From: Elusimicrobiota bacterium
GTDB taxonomy: Bacteria > Elusimicrobiota > Endomicrobiia > Endomicrobiales > JBDRNC01
DNA: 64,000 nt
Assembly (NCBI GenBank): GCA_043811535.1
Contig: JBDRNC010000017.1
Coordinates: 160,001 to 224,000, forward strand
Direction: 5' to 3'
Shown here: piece by piece, positions 30,184 through 38,755 of the stretch
Numbering within the stretch: the stretch's first letter is position 1
How the letters are laid out: every line of letters begins with the position of its first letter
Made by a program: the position numbers and the translations under genes
The notes under the pieces: generated by a model
What the model was told of the DNA's origin: nothing
What the model saw: only the letters and a program-made list of their open reading frames with translations
Database searches by the model: none

Positions 30184-31795
30184 TCCAGGCTTCCGCTTCC
30201 GCGGAGTCCTGCGTTCTGCCGCCTGAGGTTATCATCTGGAACAGGAGTTTTAGCTCTTTTACTTTGATAAGCCAGCAGACTGCCAGAAAAGCGGCTATGC
30301 CGATGAATATGCTTGATGATACTTCGATCAACTGGCCTAACTTGGCGGAAATATGGCTTACTTCAATGCGAGCATGAACCGTGTGATAAACGAGCCAGCA
30401 TACGGCCGCCATTACAAGAGCGGCAACTGTTATGCGCATAACCGAGTTCAATATCTCCGAGCCGCCGATATTACCGAGTTTCTTTCTGAGGAACCAGGTA
30501 AGCAGAAAGAAGTTCAGCATCGCCGCGAGAGATGTAGAGAGCGCCAGTCCGAAGTAGCTGATTTTAGACATAAGAATAAGGCCGAGCAGGATATTGACTG
30601 CCACGGTCAACAGCCCGATCTTTACCGGTGTTTTTGAATCATTGAGCGCGTAAAATATGGGCACCGTTATCTTGACCCCTGAAAAAGCAAACAGGCCGAG
30701 GCTGAAAAGGATGGCTGTTTTTGCCGTTGCCTGGGCGTCTGCAAGCGCGAATTTTCCGTACTGGAACAGCAGGCAGTTTATGGGCAGGCTCAAAACTACC
30801 ATGCCGACGGTCGCGGGTATGGCGATTAAAAAAGCCAGCCGCAAAGCGAAAGAATAATTTTTGACGGCATCGCCGAACTCCCCTTTTGTAATATTGCGCG
30901 AAATAACCGGAAGCGTCGCCGTGGCGATAGCAACCGCGAATACGCCGAGGGGCAGCTGCATAAGCCTGTTGCCGTAATAGAGATAGGTTATCGCGGCTTT
31001 ACCCAGGAGGCCGGCCATTATGGTATTTACCACGATGATATTAATCTGCGTTACGGACTGCGCGAAAACGGCAGGCGTCATTAATTTGATTATCTTTTTT
31101 ACGCCGCGGTCTGTAATGTCCAGTATGGGTTTGTATATAAATCCTTTTTTCAATACGGCAGGCACCTGAATGAGGAACTGGGCAAGGCCGCCTACCAGGG
31201 CCCCTATGGCCCATCCCACAATCTGCTGCTCGGGCCGTTCGCCGAACAGAGGGCAAATGAAGATGCCTGTAATTATCATCACAACATTGAGGAGAGCCGG
31301 GGCGAATGCCGATACTGTAAAATCCTGGTGAGAATTCAATATGCCCATCAGCAAGGCGGCAAATGCCATGAACGCGATGAAAGGAAACACGGTGCGGGTC
31401 AGGCGCACGGTAAGATCAAATGCGTCGCCCGAAAGGTTCCATTGCAGAAGATGAACGATGTACGGAGAAAATATGATGCCGATTATGACGATCAGGGAAA
31501 GCACGATAAGCATCAGGTTAAACAGCAGGTTGGCAAGCCGCCAGGCGGATTCTTTGCCGTCTTTTGTAAGCTGTTCGGTGAATACCGGGATAAAGGCGGA
31601 GCTTAGAGCTCCTTCCGCGAGAAGGTCCCTCAGCAGGTTGGGAATGCGGTACGCTACCAGGAAGGCATCGGAAATAAATCCGGCGCCGAACAACCCGGCA
31701 AAAATCCCGTCACGGATATAACCGAGCACCCGGCTGGTCATCGTGGCAAAGCTGATTATTGAAACTGATTTAGCTATTTTTTGATGCGTGCTCAT
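30173..31795 (-). CDS. murJ: Lipid II flippase MurJ
   Basis: SRVLGYIRD, AYRIPNLLRDLLAEGALS, RLMQLPLGVF. Confidence 0.95.
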   Translation of the reverse strand: MSTHQKIAKSVSIISFATMTSRVLGYIRDGIFAGLFGAGFISDAFLVAYRIPNLLRDLLAEGALSSAFIPVFTEQLTKDGKESAWRLANLLFNLMLIVLSLIVIIGIIFSPYIVHLLQWNLSGDAFDLTVRLTRTVFPFIAFMAFAALLMGILNSHQDFTVSAFAPALLNVVMIITGIFICPLFGERPEQQIVGWAIGALVGGLAQFLIQVPAVLKKGFIYKPILDITDRGVKKIIKLMTPAVFAQSVTQINIIVVNTIMAGLLGKAAITYLYYGNRLMQLPLGVFAVAIATATLPVISRNITKGEFGDAVKNYSFALRLAFLIAIPATVGMVVLSLPINCLLFQYGKFALADAQATAKTAILFSLGLFAFSGVKITVPIFYALNDSKTPVKIGLLTVAVNILLGLILMSKISYFGLALSTSLAAMLNFFLLTWFLRKKLGNIGGSEILNSVMRITVAALVMAAVCWLVYHTVHARIEVSHISAKLGQLIEVSSSIFIGIAAFLAVCWLIKVKELKLLFQMITSGGRTQDSAEAEAWINN

Positions 31796-31811
31796 AAATT
31801 GATATACGAGG

Positions 31812-31900
31812 GATTAGCAATCAGTAAACAGTAATCAATGCAATGAAGTCGTTTGTTTTTATCTTTCCCTGTCTCCGGTTTGCTGTTTACGGTCTGCTGT
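31812..31900. repeat. Degenerate heptamer-repeat hairpin
   Basis: tagcaat cagtaaa cagtaat ... tttgctg tttacgg tctgctg. Confidence 0.55.
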
Positions 31901-31911
31901 CGTAATATATA

Positions 31912-31940
31912 TTGACTCAAATCTCAAAAATTGCTATATT
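31912..31940 (+). promoter_or_regulatory. Promoter of rpsT
   Basis: TTGACT, 17 bp, extended -10 TGc TATATT. Confidence 0.7.
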
Positions 31941-31970
31941 TATCAAACCTAAATTAACGGAGGACTCTAA

Positions 31971-32264
31971 ATGGCAAAACTAAAAACAGGGCGCCACACG
32001 TCAGCAATGAAAGAATCGCGCAAGGCGCACAAGCGCGAAGCACGGAATAAATCAGTAAAGAGCACGCTCCACACGCTTATCAAAAAGATAGAGGATGCAT
32101 CCGCTAAAAAGGAAGTATCCGCATTGAAAGACCTTTTAAGTCTGGTTTTTTCGGAGCTGGATAAAGCGGCGAAACGCAAAGTCATCCATTTAAACAAAGC
32201 ATCGAACTTGAAAGCGCGTTTATCAAAGATTGCCGCCGCCGTTTCGGGACAACCCAAGAAGTAA
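31971..32264 (+). CDS. rpsT: 30S ribosomal protein S20
   Basis: SAMKESR..RNKSVKS..LDKAAKRKVIHLNKASNLKARL; GGAGG SD. Confidence 0.93.
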   Translation: MAKLKTGRHTSAMKESRKAHKREARNKSVKSTLHTLIKKIEDASAKKEVSALKDLLSLVFSELDKAAKRKVIHLNKASNLKARLSKIAAAVSGQPKK

Positions 32265-33245
32265 TTCCTCGAAAATCATATTTTCCGGCCGGCTTGAGCT
32301 TTTCAGTTCCAGGTCGGCGTTGAGCGCCAGTTTCAGATCTCCCGCCAGTTCGTCCTTAGAGAACCTTCTCAGATTGGAGAAAAATCTTCGGCTGAAGTAC
32401 GGATGTATCCTGAGTTTCTGCGCTATCTCATCCTCTCTCATGCCTTTGTCTTCCAGAAGGCTCTTTGCCATAGTAAGTTTCCTGACGGTCGTGTATATGA
32501 ATGACAGGATAATTACGGGCACCTCGCCTTCCTCAAGCAGTGTTTCCAGTATCTCAACGGCGTTCTTCAGGTTCTTCGATTCTACCGCTTCGCTCAATTC
32601 ATAAAGATTCGCCTGTTTGGTATGTCCCGAAAGGATTTCAACATCCTGGAGAGTGATCTCTTTTTTGTCGCCCACAAAAAGAAAGAGTTTCTCGAGTTCA
32701 TTGTTAATGTCCATCAGCGACAACCCCGATTCCCTCATCAGGTATTCCGCGGCCTGCGGCGATATCATTTTTTTCATCTCCGCGGCCTTCTTAATGATCC
32801 ATGAAGGTATATCCCTTTCATAAAGCGTTTTGAATTCTATTATTGCGCCGTTCTTTTCGACAGCAGCGAAAAGCGGGGTTTTCCGAGTTTCTTTTTTGAG
32901 TTTTTCGAGCCATATCAGCACAAGGCACGACGATTCACCCGGTATTTTAAAGAGCTCTACAAGTTTTGTCGTTTCGGCCTGCCTTATTTTCTGCGCTTCC
33001 TTGACGATGATCAGCCGCTTTTCCGCTATGAAAGGCATTGTCTGGGCGGCGATAATAATATCATTGACCGATGAATCCGGGCCGTAAAAAATCTCTCTGT
33101 TCAGCGTATCAATGTTAAGCGATTTCTCGAGTTGTTTGACGGCATTTTCATGAAGGTAGGCATCTTCGCCGGCCAGGATATAGACAGGTTCGTATTTATT
33201 GTTCTGCCATTGAGATACGGCTTCTTTGATGTCAATATAAGGCAT
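32223..33245 (-). CDS. holA: DNA polymerase III delta subunit
   Basis: PVYILAGED, TMPFIAEKRLIIVK, ELEKL; leuS-lptE-holA-rpsT synteny; start set to ATG 33245. Confidence 0.9.
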   Translation of the reverse strand: MPYIDIKEAVSQWQNNKYEPVYILAGEDAYLHENAVKQLEKSLNIDTLNREIFYGPDSSVNDIIIAAQTMPFIAEKRLIIVKEAQKIRQAETTKLVELFKIPGESSCLVLIWLEKLKKETRKTPLFAAVEKNGAIIEFKTLYERDIPSWIIKKAAEMKKMISPQAAEYLMRESGLSLMDINNELEKLFLFVGDKKEITLQDVEILSGHTKQANLYELSEAVESKNLKNAVEILETLLEEGEVPVIILSFIYTTVRKLTMAKSLLEDKGMREDEIAQKLRIHPYFSRRFFSNLRRFSKDELAGDLKLALNADLELKSSSRPENMIFEELLLGLSRNGGGNL

Positions 33246-33257
33246 AAATTTTTTTAA

Positions 33258-33393
33258 AATACTAAACACTAAACTCTAAAAACTAAATAAACTCAAAACA
33301 GCAAAATGAAAACTCAAATAAAAGACGTTTATTTAGTATTTGTATTTGCGATTTTGAATTTGTTTAGTGTTTAGTATTTAGTTTTTAGTGTTT
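33258..33393. repeat. Heptamer-repeat inverted hairpin (ACTAAAC type)
   Basis: actaaac actaaac tctaaaa actaaat ... gtttagt gtttagt atttagt ttttagt. Confidence 0.8.
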
Positions 33394-33397
33394 GCCT

Positions 33398-33967
33398 TCA
33401 TTTGGGTACTTTCTTGTCAGACGCGCCGCTTATAGAACCGAATCCCTCCATGGTCCTTTTCACTATGTCAAGCGAAATGTTTTCCCAAAGGTCTTCCCTT
33501 ACTTCCTCTTCGGGCTTTCCTTCGGGCAGCGATACATCGTAGAATATCTGGACCCCTTCCATGTTGGGTTCGGTCCAGAGTGTGACGTTATTTGTTTTGT
33601 CTATGAAGGAGACGCTCAGCAGTACCCAGAGCTTATACTGCTGAGTGACCATCTGGGCATCGTAAGTCAGCGGTTGCAGGATATATCTGTTGATCTCGCC
33701 GACCACTATCCCGTCCGCGTCCTGTTCATTGTTGACAATCATCAGGCGGCCGTCCCTTACAAATTCATTTATCACTTTCAGTGTCAGCTTCTCCTCAAGG
33801 CCGTACTGCGTGGTGTTGTTGGTGAAAGGCCTGACCGTGATCTTCTTTATGTGTTGCGGCAGGATCTGCGGCGCGGGTGTGTATGGCGAGGAACAGCCTG
33901 AAAAAACGGTAAGCAGGAAGCAGGAAGCAGTGAACAGAACGGACAACAGCAAAAGATTTTTCTTCAT
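33398..33967 (-). CDS. lptE: LptE-like lipoprotein
   Basis: Lipobox FSGC, position between leuS and holA. Confidence 0.65.
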   Translation of the reverse strand: MKKNLLLLSVLFTASCFLLTVFSGCSSPYTPAPQILPQHIKKITVRPFTNNTTQYGLEEKLTLKVINEFVRDGRLMIVNNEQDADGIVVGEINRYILQPLTYDAQMVTQQYKLWVLLSVSFIDKTNNVTLWTEPNMEGVQIFYDVSLPEGKPEEEVREDLWENISLDIVKRTMEGFGSISGASDKKVPK

Positions 33968-33984
33968 GAAACGCTCCTGAATAT

Positions 33985-36435
33985 TTATTTAACTACTATA
34001 TTGGCTATTTTTCCCGGGACGTAGATGAATTTGGCTACCTGCTTGTTCTCGATATGCGGTTTGAGCGCGGCATCTTTCATTATCAGCGTGTTAAGCTCGG
34101 CTTCATTGATGGCCGAAGGCACGGTAATCTTGCCGCGGAGTTTTCCGTTGATCTGCACGGGTATTTCAATCGTGTCGGTCTTAAGGTATTTCTGGTCGGC
34201 TTCGGGCCACTCGGCGGTTAAAATACTTTCTTTATTTCCGAGTTTTTGCCAGAGCTCTTCGCATAAGTGCGGCGTGAACGGCGCAAGAAGAAGCACGACG
34301 GTTTTGTACGCCTTTATAAGCGTCTCAGCTCCGCAGGAACCCAGTGACGCGTAAAGTTCGTTGACAAGCTCCATTGTAGATGAGATAGCCGTGTTCAACT
34401 GCTGTTCTTTCGCTATATCATCGGTAACTTTCTTAACAGTTAAATGCATTTTGTGAAGAAGCGCTTCCTCCTTGCCGGTTCCCTTCCCGGAATCCTGGGC
34501 AATCAATTCGTGCAGGCGCCAGACCCTGTTAGTGAAACGCCACGAGCCTTCCACTCCATCGGATGACCAGTCAAGTTGTTTTTCCGGCGGAGACGCGAAC
34601 ATAATGAACAGGCGCAGCGTGTCTGACCCGTAAGTAGAGGTTATTTCATCAGGCGTGACGATATTCCCTTTTGATTTTGACATCGCGCTCCCGCCGAGCG
34701 TGACCATGCCCTGGGTCAGAAGTTTTGTGAAAGGTTCTTCGCTTGAAACCAGACCAATGTCTTTCATGACCTTATGCCAGAAACGCGAATAGATAAGGTG
34801 CATGCACGCGTGTTCTATCCCGCCGACGTACTGGTCAACGGGCAGCCACGCGTCAGCCGCCTGTCTGTCAACGGGTTCATTGCTGTTTTTGGGGTCGCAG
34901 TATCGCGCGTAATACCAGGACGAATCCACGAACGTGTCCATCGTGTCGGTTTCTCTTTTTGCCTTGCCGCCGCATTTCGGGCATTTTACGGTTATGAATT
35001 CGGCGTTTTCGTCAAGCGGAGAACGCCCGACGCCCGTGAGCTTGACATCCTTAGGGAGCGTCACGGGAAGGTCCTTCTCCGGGACCGGTACGATCCCGCA
35101 TTTATCGCAATGTATCATCGGGATAGGCGTTCCCCAGTAACGCTGCCTTGAAAGCAGCCACTCCTTCAGGCGGTAATTGACCGATTTCTTTCCGAGACCA
35201 TTCTGCTGGAGCCACAGCGAAATTTTTTCCACGCATTCAGGGGAAGGCATGCCGTTGAACTGGCCGGAATTTACCATTGTCCCTTCGTTTTCATACGCGT
35301 GTTTGGATATATCGGAACCTTCGCCACGGATGACCTCGATTATAGGCACCTTGAACTTAGTTGCGAATTCCCAGTCGCGCTGGTCATGAGCCGGCACGGC
35401 CATAATGGCTCCCGTGCCGTATTCCATCAGAACGTAATCGGCGATGAATACGGGAATAGCCGCTTTATTGACGGGATTGACCGCGCGGATTCCTTCCAGC
35501 TTTACGCCTGTTTTGAGTTTTTCGGGATTCATCCGTTCGGCCGGTGTTTTCTTGGCGCTGGCGTGAATATATTCTTCAGTTTCTTTCCAGTTCCTGATTT
35601 TGGTTTTCAGCTCTTTTAAAAAGGCGTGTTCCGGAGACAATACCATGAAAGTCGCGCCGAAAAGAGTGTCGGGCCTTGTCGTGAAAATCCTGATCTTTTT
35701 TGAAAAACTTCCGTCTCCGGATTCAATAGTGAAATCGACTTCAGCGCCGTAAGACTTGCCTATCCAGTTCTTCTGCATCAGCAGGACTTCCTGCGGCCAG
35801 CCGTCCTTGATGAGTTCATGGCCCGCAAGCAGCCGCTCGGCGTAATCGGTGATCTTGAAGAACCACTGCTCCAGTTCGCGGTCTTCCACGCCGGAATCGC
35901 AGCGCCAGCACGTTCCCTGGTTGACCTGCTCGTTAGCCAGGACCGTCTGACATGAAGGGCACCAGTTCACGCGCGCCTTCTTCCTGAAAGCCAGTCCTTT
36001 TTCCCACATCTTGATGAAAAACCACTGGTTCCACTTGTAATATTCCGGGTCGCAGGTCGCGAATTCGCGGGACCAGTCGTATGAAATGCCGAGAGCTTTG
36101 AGTTGGACCGTCATATGTTCTATATTATCTCTCGTCCATTTCTCGGGGTGGATATTATTCTTTATCGCGGCGTTTTCGGAAGGAAGCCCAAAAGCATCCC
36201 AACCTATCGGATGCATGACCTGGAAGCCTTTCATCCTTTGGAAATTCGCGAACACATCGCCGAGCACGTAGTTCCTGACGTGTCCCATGTGCAGTTTGCC
36301 GGAAGGATACGGGAACATAACAAGGCAATAATACTTTTTTTTCGCCTTGTCGCGCTTGCCGGCGGCAAAAATTCCTGTATCTTCCCAGTATTTCCGCCAC
36401 TTCGGTTCGATTTCCTGAAAATTATAAGTGCTCAT
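33985..36435 (-). CDS. leuS: Leucine--tRNA ligase
   Basis: MFPYPSGKLHMGH, GTGAIMAVPAHD editing motif, MSKS; start at ATG 36435. Confidence 0.97.
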   Translation of the reverse strand: MSTYNFQEIEPKWRKYWEDTGIFAAGKRDKAKKKYYCLVMFPYPSGKLHMGHVRNYVLGDVFANFQRMKGFQVMHPIGWDAFGLPSENAAIKNNIHPEKWTRDNIEHMTVQLKALGISYDWSREFATCDPEYYKWNQWFFIKMWEKGLAFRKKARVNWCPSCQTVLANEQVNQGTCWRCDSGVEDRELEQWFFKITDYAERLLAGHELIKDGWPQEVLLMQKNWIGKSYGAEVDFTIESGDGSFSKKIRIFTTRPDTLFGATFMVLSPEHAFLKELKTKIRNWKETEEYIHASAKKTPAERMNPEKLKTGVKLEGIRAVNPVNKAAIPVFIADYVLMEYGTGAIMAVPAHDQRDWEFATKFKVPIIEVIRGEGSDISKHAYENEGTMVNSGQFNGMPSPECVEKISLWLQQNGLGKKSVNYRLKEWLLSRQRYWGTPIPMIHCDKCGIVPVPEKDLPVTLPKDVKLTGVGRSPLDENAEFITVKCPKCGGKAKRETDTMDTFVDSSWYYARYCDPKNSNEPVDRQAADAWLPVDQYVGGIEHACMHLIYSRFWHKVMKDIGLVSSEEPFTKLLTQGMVTLGGSAMSKSKGNIVTPDEITSTYGSDTLRLFIMFASPPEKQLDWSSDGVEGSWRFTNRVWRLHELIAQDSGKGTGKEEALLHKMHLTVKKVTDDIAKEQQLNTAISSTMELVNELYASLGSCGAETLIKAYKTVVLLLAPFTPHLCEELWQKLGNKESILTAEWPEADQKYLKTDTIEIPVQINGKLRGKITVPSAINEAELNTLIMKDAALKPHIENKQVAKFIYVPGKIANIVVK

Positions 36436-36437
36436 AA

Positions 36438-36513
36438 TATTAAATTGTTGAATTGCCAAATGGCTAAATTGCTGAAAGGCCTTTAACAATCAGCCATTTA
36501 ACAATTTAGCAAT
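36438..36513. repeat. Octamer-repeat inverted hairpin
   Basis: ttaaattg ttgaattg ccaaatgg ctaaattg ... ttaacaat ttagcaat. Confidence 0.7.
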
Positions 36514-36517
36514 GTTT

Positions 36518-37156
36518 TTACTTTATCTTCATCAGCGCTTCCTGCGCTATCATTCTCAACCTGTCATCCTTAATCGCTTCGAGAAGCGGAGGCACGGCTT
36601 TTCTTCCGAGATTTCCGAGCGCCTCGCAGGCGTATTTGCGCACGAGCTCATTCTCGTCCTTCATGGCTTTGGCGAGCGCGGGTATCGCCTTGTCATCGCC
36701 GATGCATCCGAGCGAAATGACCGCCTTCATCCTTGTGTGCGGGCTTTTATCTCCGAGCGCAGCGATGAGCGGCTGGACAGCCATCCTGTCCTTTAGATGC
36801 CCAAGCACTCCGGCCGCGGTGACACGTACCTCTTCGGATTGGTCGTTCAGCGCGTCTATCAGGGCGGGCACGGCTTTCCTGTCGCCGATCAGTCCGAGCG
36901 TCTGGGCGGCCTTCTGCCTGATGAAATGAAGCGGGTCCTTCAACGATTCAATAAGCTGCGGCAGCACATGTTTTTCCTTCAGCCTGCCCGCGATATCAAT
37001 GCTGACAGCACGGACAAGCGCGTCAGAATCCCTGAAACCCGAAGTGAGAGCTTCCTTGACTTCCGGAATTCTGGGAGCAGGTGTTTCCGCCCCTTCTTTT
37101 GAATCGATGCTCTTCGGCTCGACCCTGATTATGCGTCTTAGAAATTTGAATGCCAT
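36518..37156 (-). CDS. HEAT/PBS-lyase repeat protein (paralog 1)
   Basis: Repeated AVPALIxALxD..VRxxAAxxLG units. Confidence 0.85.
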   Translation of the reverse strand: MAFKFLRRIIRVEPKSIDSKEGAETPAPRIPEVKEALTSGFRDSDALVRAVSIDIAGRLKEKHVLPQLIESLKDPLHFIRQKAAQTLGLIGDRKAVPALIDALNDQSEEVRVTAAGVLGHLKDRMAVQPLIAALGDKSPHTRMKAVISLGCIGDDKAIPALAKAMKDENELVRKYACEALGNLGRKAVPPLLEAIKDDRLRMIAQEALMKIK

Positions 37157-37169
37157 ATTTAGATATTCA

Positions 37170-37199
37170 GAGATCCCCGATTACGGCTTCGGGGATGAC
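37170..37199. repeat. REP-like hairpin between the HEAT paralogs
   Basis: atccccga ttacggct tcggggat followed by gac. Confidence 0.55.
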
Positions 37200-37216
37200 C
37201 GAGATGAAACCTACGG

Positions 37217-37864
37217 TCATTTCAGTTTCAGAAGTGCCTGTGCCGCGTGCGCCCTTACTTTTTCGTCCCTCAGCGCCATGAGCAAAGCCGGAACCGCAGG
37301 CCTGCCGATATTTCCAAGGGCCTCGCACGCGTACTTGCGCACAAGTTCATTTTCGTCTTTCAGGATGTTGAATAGAGACGCAATGGCCGAAGATTCACCG
37401 ATCAGGCCGAGCGATATTGCGGATTTCATGCGCGCCATAGGGCTCGCGTCGGAGAGCGCCTGAATAAGCGCCGGAACGGCCATCTTGTCGTGCAGGTGTC
37501 CCAGCACTCCCGCGACCGTGACGCGGACTTCTTCGGATTCGTCGTTCAAAGCGTTTATGAGCGGTTGAACGGCCGCTTTGTCGCCGATGACGCCGAGCGC
37601 AATCGCCGCTTTTTCGCGGACATATTTTGAAGGGTCATTAAGCGCTTTAATCAGCGCGTCAACCGCGGATTTCTCATGAATTCTTCCGAGGACTTCCGCT
37701 GAAACGGACCGTATGAAGGGGTCCCCGTCGGTAAGTGAATCAATGAGCGCCGGAGTGGTTTTCTTGCTTAGCTCTTCATGGGCAGATTCGGGCGTGACGC
37801 GTCCGGAATTGATCCTGATCGTCGCGCCCTTGCTGAAAAAAAATTTCGGAAGCTTGATTTTCAT
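37217..37864 (-). CDS. HEAT/PBS-lyase repeat protein (paralog 2)
   Basis: Same repeats; shares KDENELVRKYACEALGN with paralog 1. Confidence 0.85.
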   Translation of the reverse strand: MKIKLPKFFFSKGATIRINSGRVTPESAHEELSKKTTPALIDSLTDGDPFIRSVSAEVLGRIHEKSAVDALIKALNDPSKYVREKAAIALGVIGDKAAVQPLINALNDESEEVRVTVAGVLGHLHDKMAVPALIQALSDASPMARMKSAISLGLIGESSAIASLFNILKDENELVRKYACEALGNIGRPAVPALLMALRDEKVRAHAAQALLKLK

Positions 37865-37899
37865 AATATGATCCTTTGAAAGCCGCTATAGAATGGCTT

Positions 37900-38661
37900 T
37901 TACCGGCCTTCCTTCACGAGCCACAAAAAATGTTCCAGATTCCCTTCCGGCCCCCTCACGGAAGAATCCACTTCTCCTTTCAGCGACAGGTTAAGCGTTG
38001 AAGCGAAAGCTTTTATCTTTTCTATTGTTCTCAGCCGGATTTTTTCGTCCCTTACGACGCCTTTTTTAAGTTCCTTTGGCGTGGCTTCGAACTGCGGCTT
38101 TACCATCGCGAGTATTTCGGCGTTTCCCGAAGATGCTTCAACCGCGGCCGGGAGAATTTTTTCCAGCGAGATGAATGACACGTCTATTGTAACAAATTCG
38201 ACGGGGTCTTTCAAGAATTCTTCTCTTATACCGCCGGGAAATTCACCGGGAAAATAGCGGAAATTCATCCTTTCGATGTTTATGACTCTCGGGTCCTTTT
38301 TCAATTTTTCATGGAGTTGATTGCGCCCTACGTCCACAGCGTAGACTTTTACGGCCCCGCGCTGCAACATGCAATCCGTGAAACCGCCGGTTGAGGCGCC
38401 GATATCCATGCAAATCTTTCCCGTGACATGGATTTTAAGCGTTTCAATGGCGGAGTCAAGCTTGAGCCCGCCGCGCGAAACGAAAGGATTTGTTTTCTTT
38501 AAGGTTATTTGAGATTGGCTGTCAACAGAAGTTCCCGGCTTTAGGAGTGTTTGCCCGCCTGCTTCAACCTGGCCGGCGATTATGATCGCCTGTGCTTTAC
38601 TTCTCGTTTCAGCAAGGCCCTTTGAAACCAGCAGAAGGTCTAGACGGATTTTGTTTTTCAC
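37900..38661 (-). CDS. tlyA: TlyA family rRNA 2'-O-methyltransferase
   Basis: S4 domain (RLDLLLV), VSRGGLKL, DIGASTGGFTD, DVSFISL, KPQFE. Confidence 0.95.
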   Translation of the reverse strand: MKNKIRLDLLLVSKGLAETRSKAQAIIIAGQVEAGGQTLLKPGTSVDSQSQITLKKTNPFVSRGGLKLDSAIETLKIHVTGKICMDIGASTGGFTDCMLQRGAVKVYAVDVGRNQLHEKLKKDPRVINIERMNFRYFPGEFPGGIREEFLKDPVEFVTIDVSFISLEKILPAAVEASSGNAEILAMVKPQFEATPKELKKGVVRDEKIRLRTIEKIKAFASTLNLSLKGEVDSSVRGPEGNLEHFLWLVKEGR

Positions 38662-38674
38662 GATTATCAGAGTG

Positions 38675-38750
38675 AATTACAAATTACAGATTACATATTA
38701 CAGATTTAAAGCCGTTAATTTGTAATTTGAAATATGTAATCTGTAATTGC
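38675..38750. repeat. Heptamer-repeat inverted hairpin (ATTACAG type)
   Basis: attacaa attacag attacat attacag ... ttgtaat ttgaaat atgtaat ctgtaat. Confidence 0.8.
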
Positions 38751-38755
38751 TGTTA

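Noticed and set aside
38225..38262. Short FPGE/FPGG duplication in tlyA
   Set aside because: It is a small direct duplication in a variable loop with no inverted repeats, so it does not support an element call
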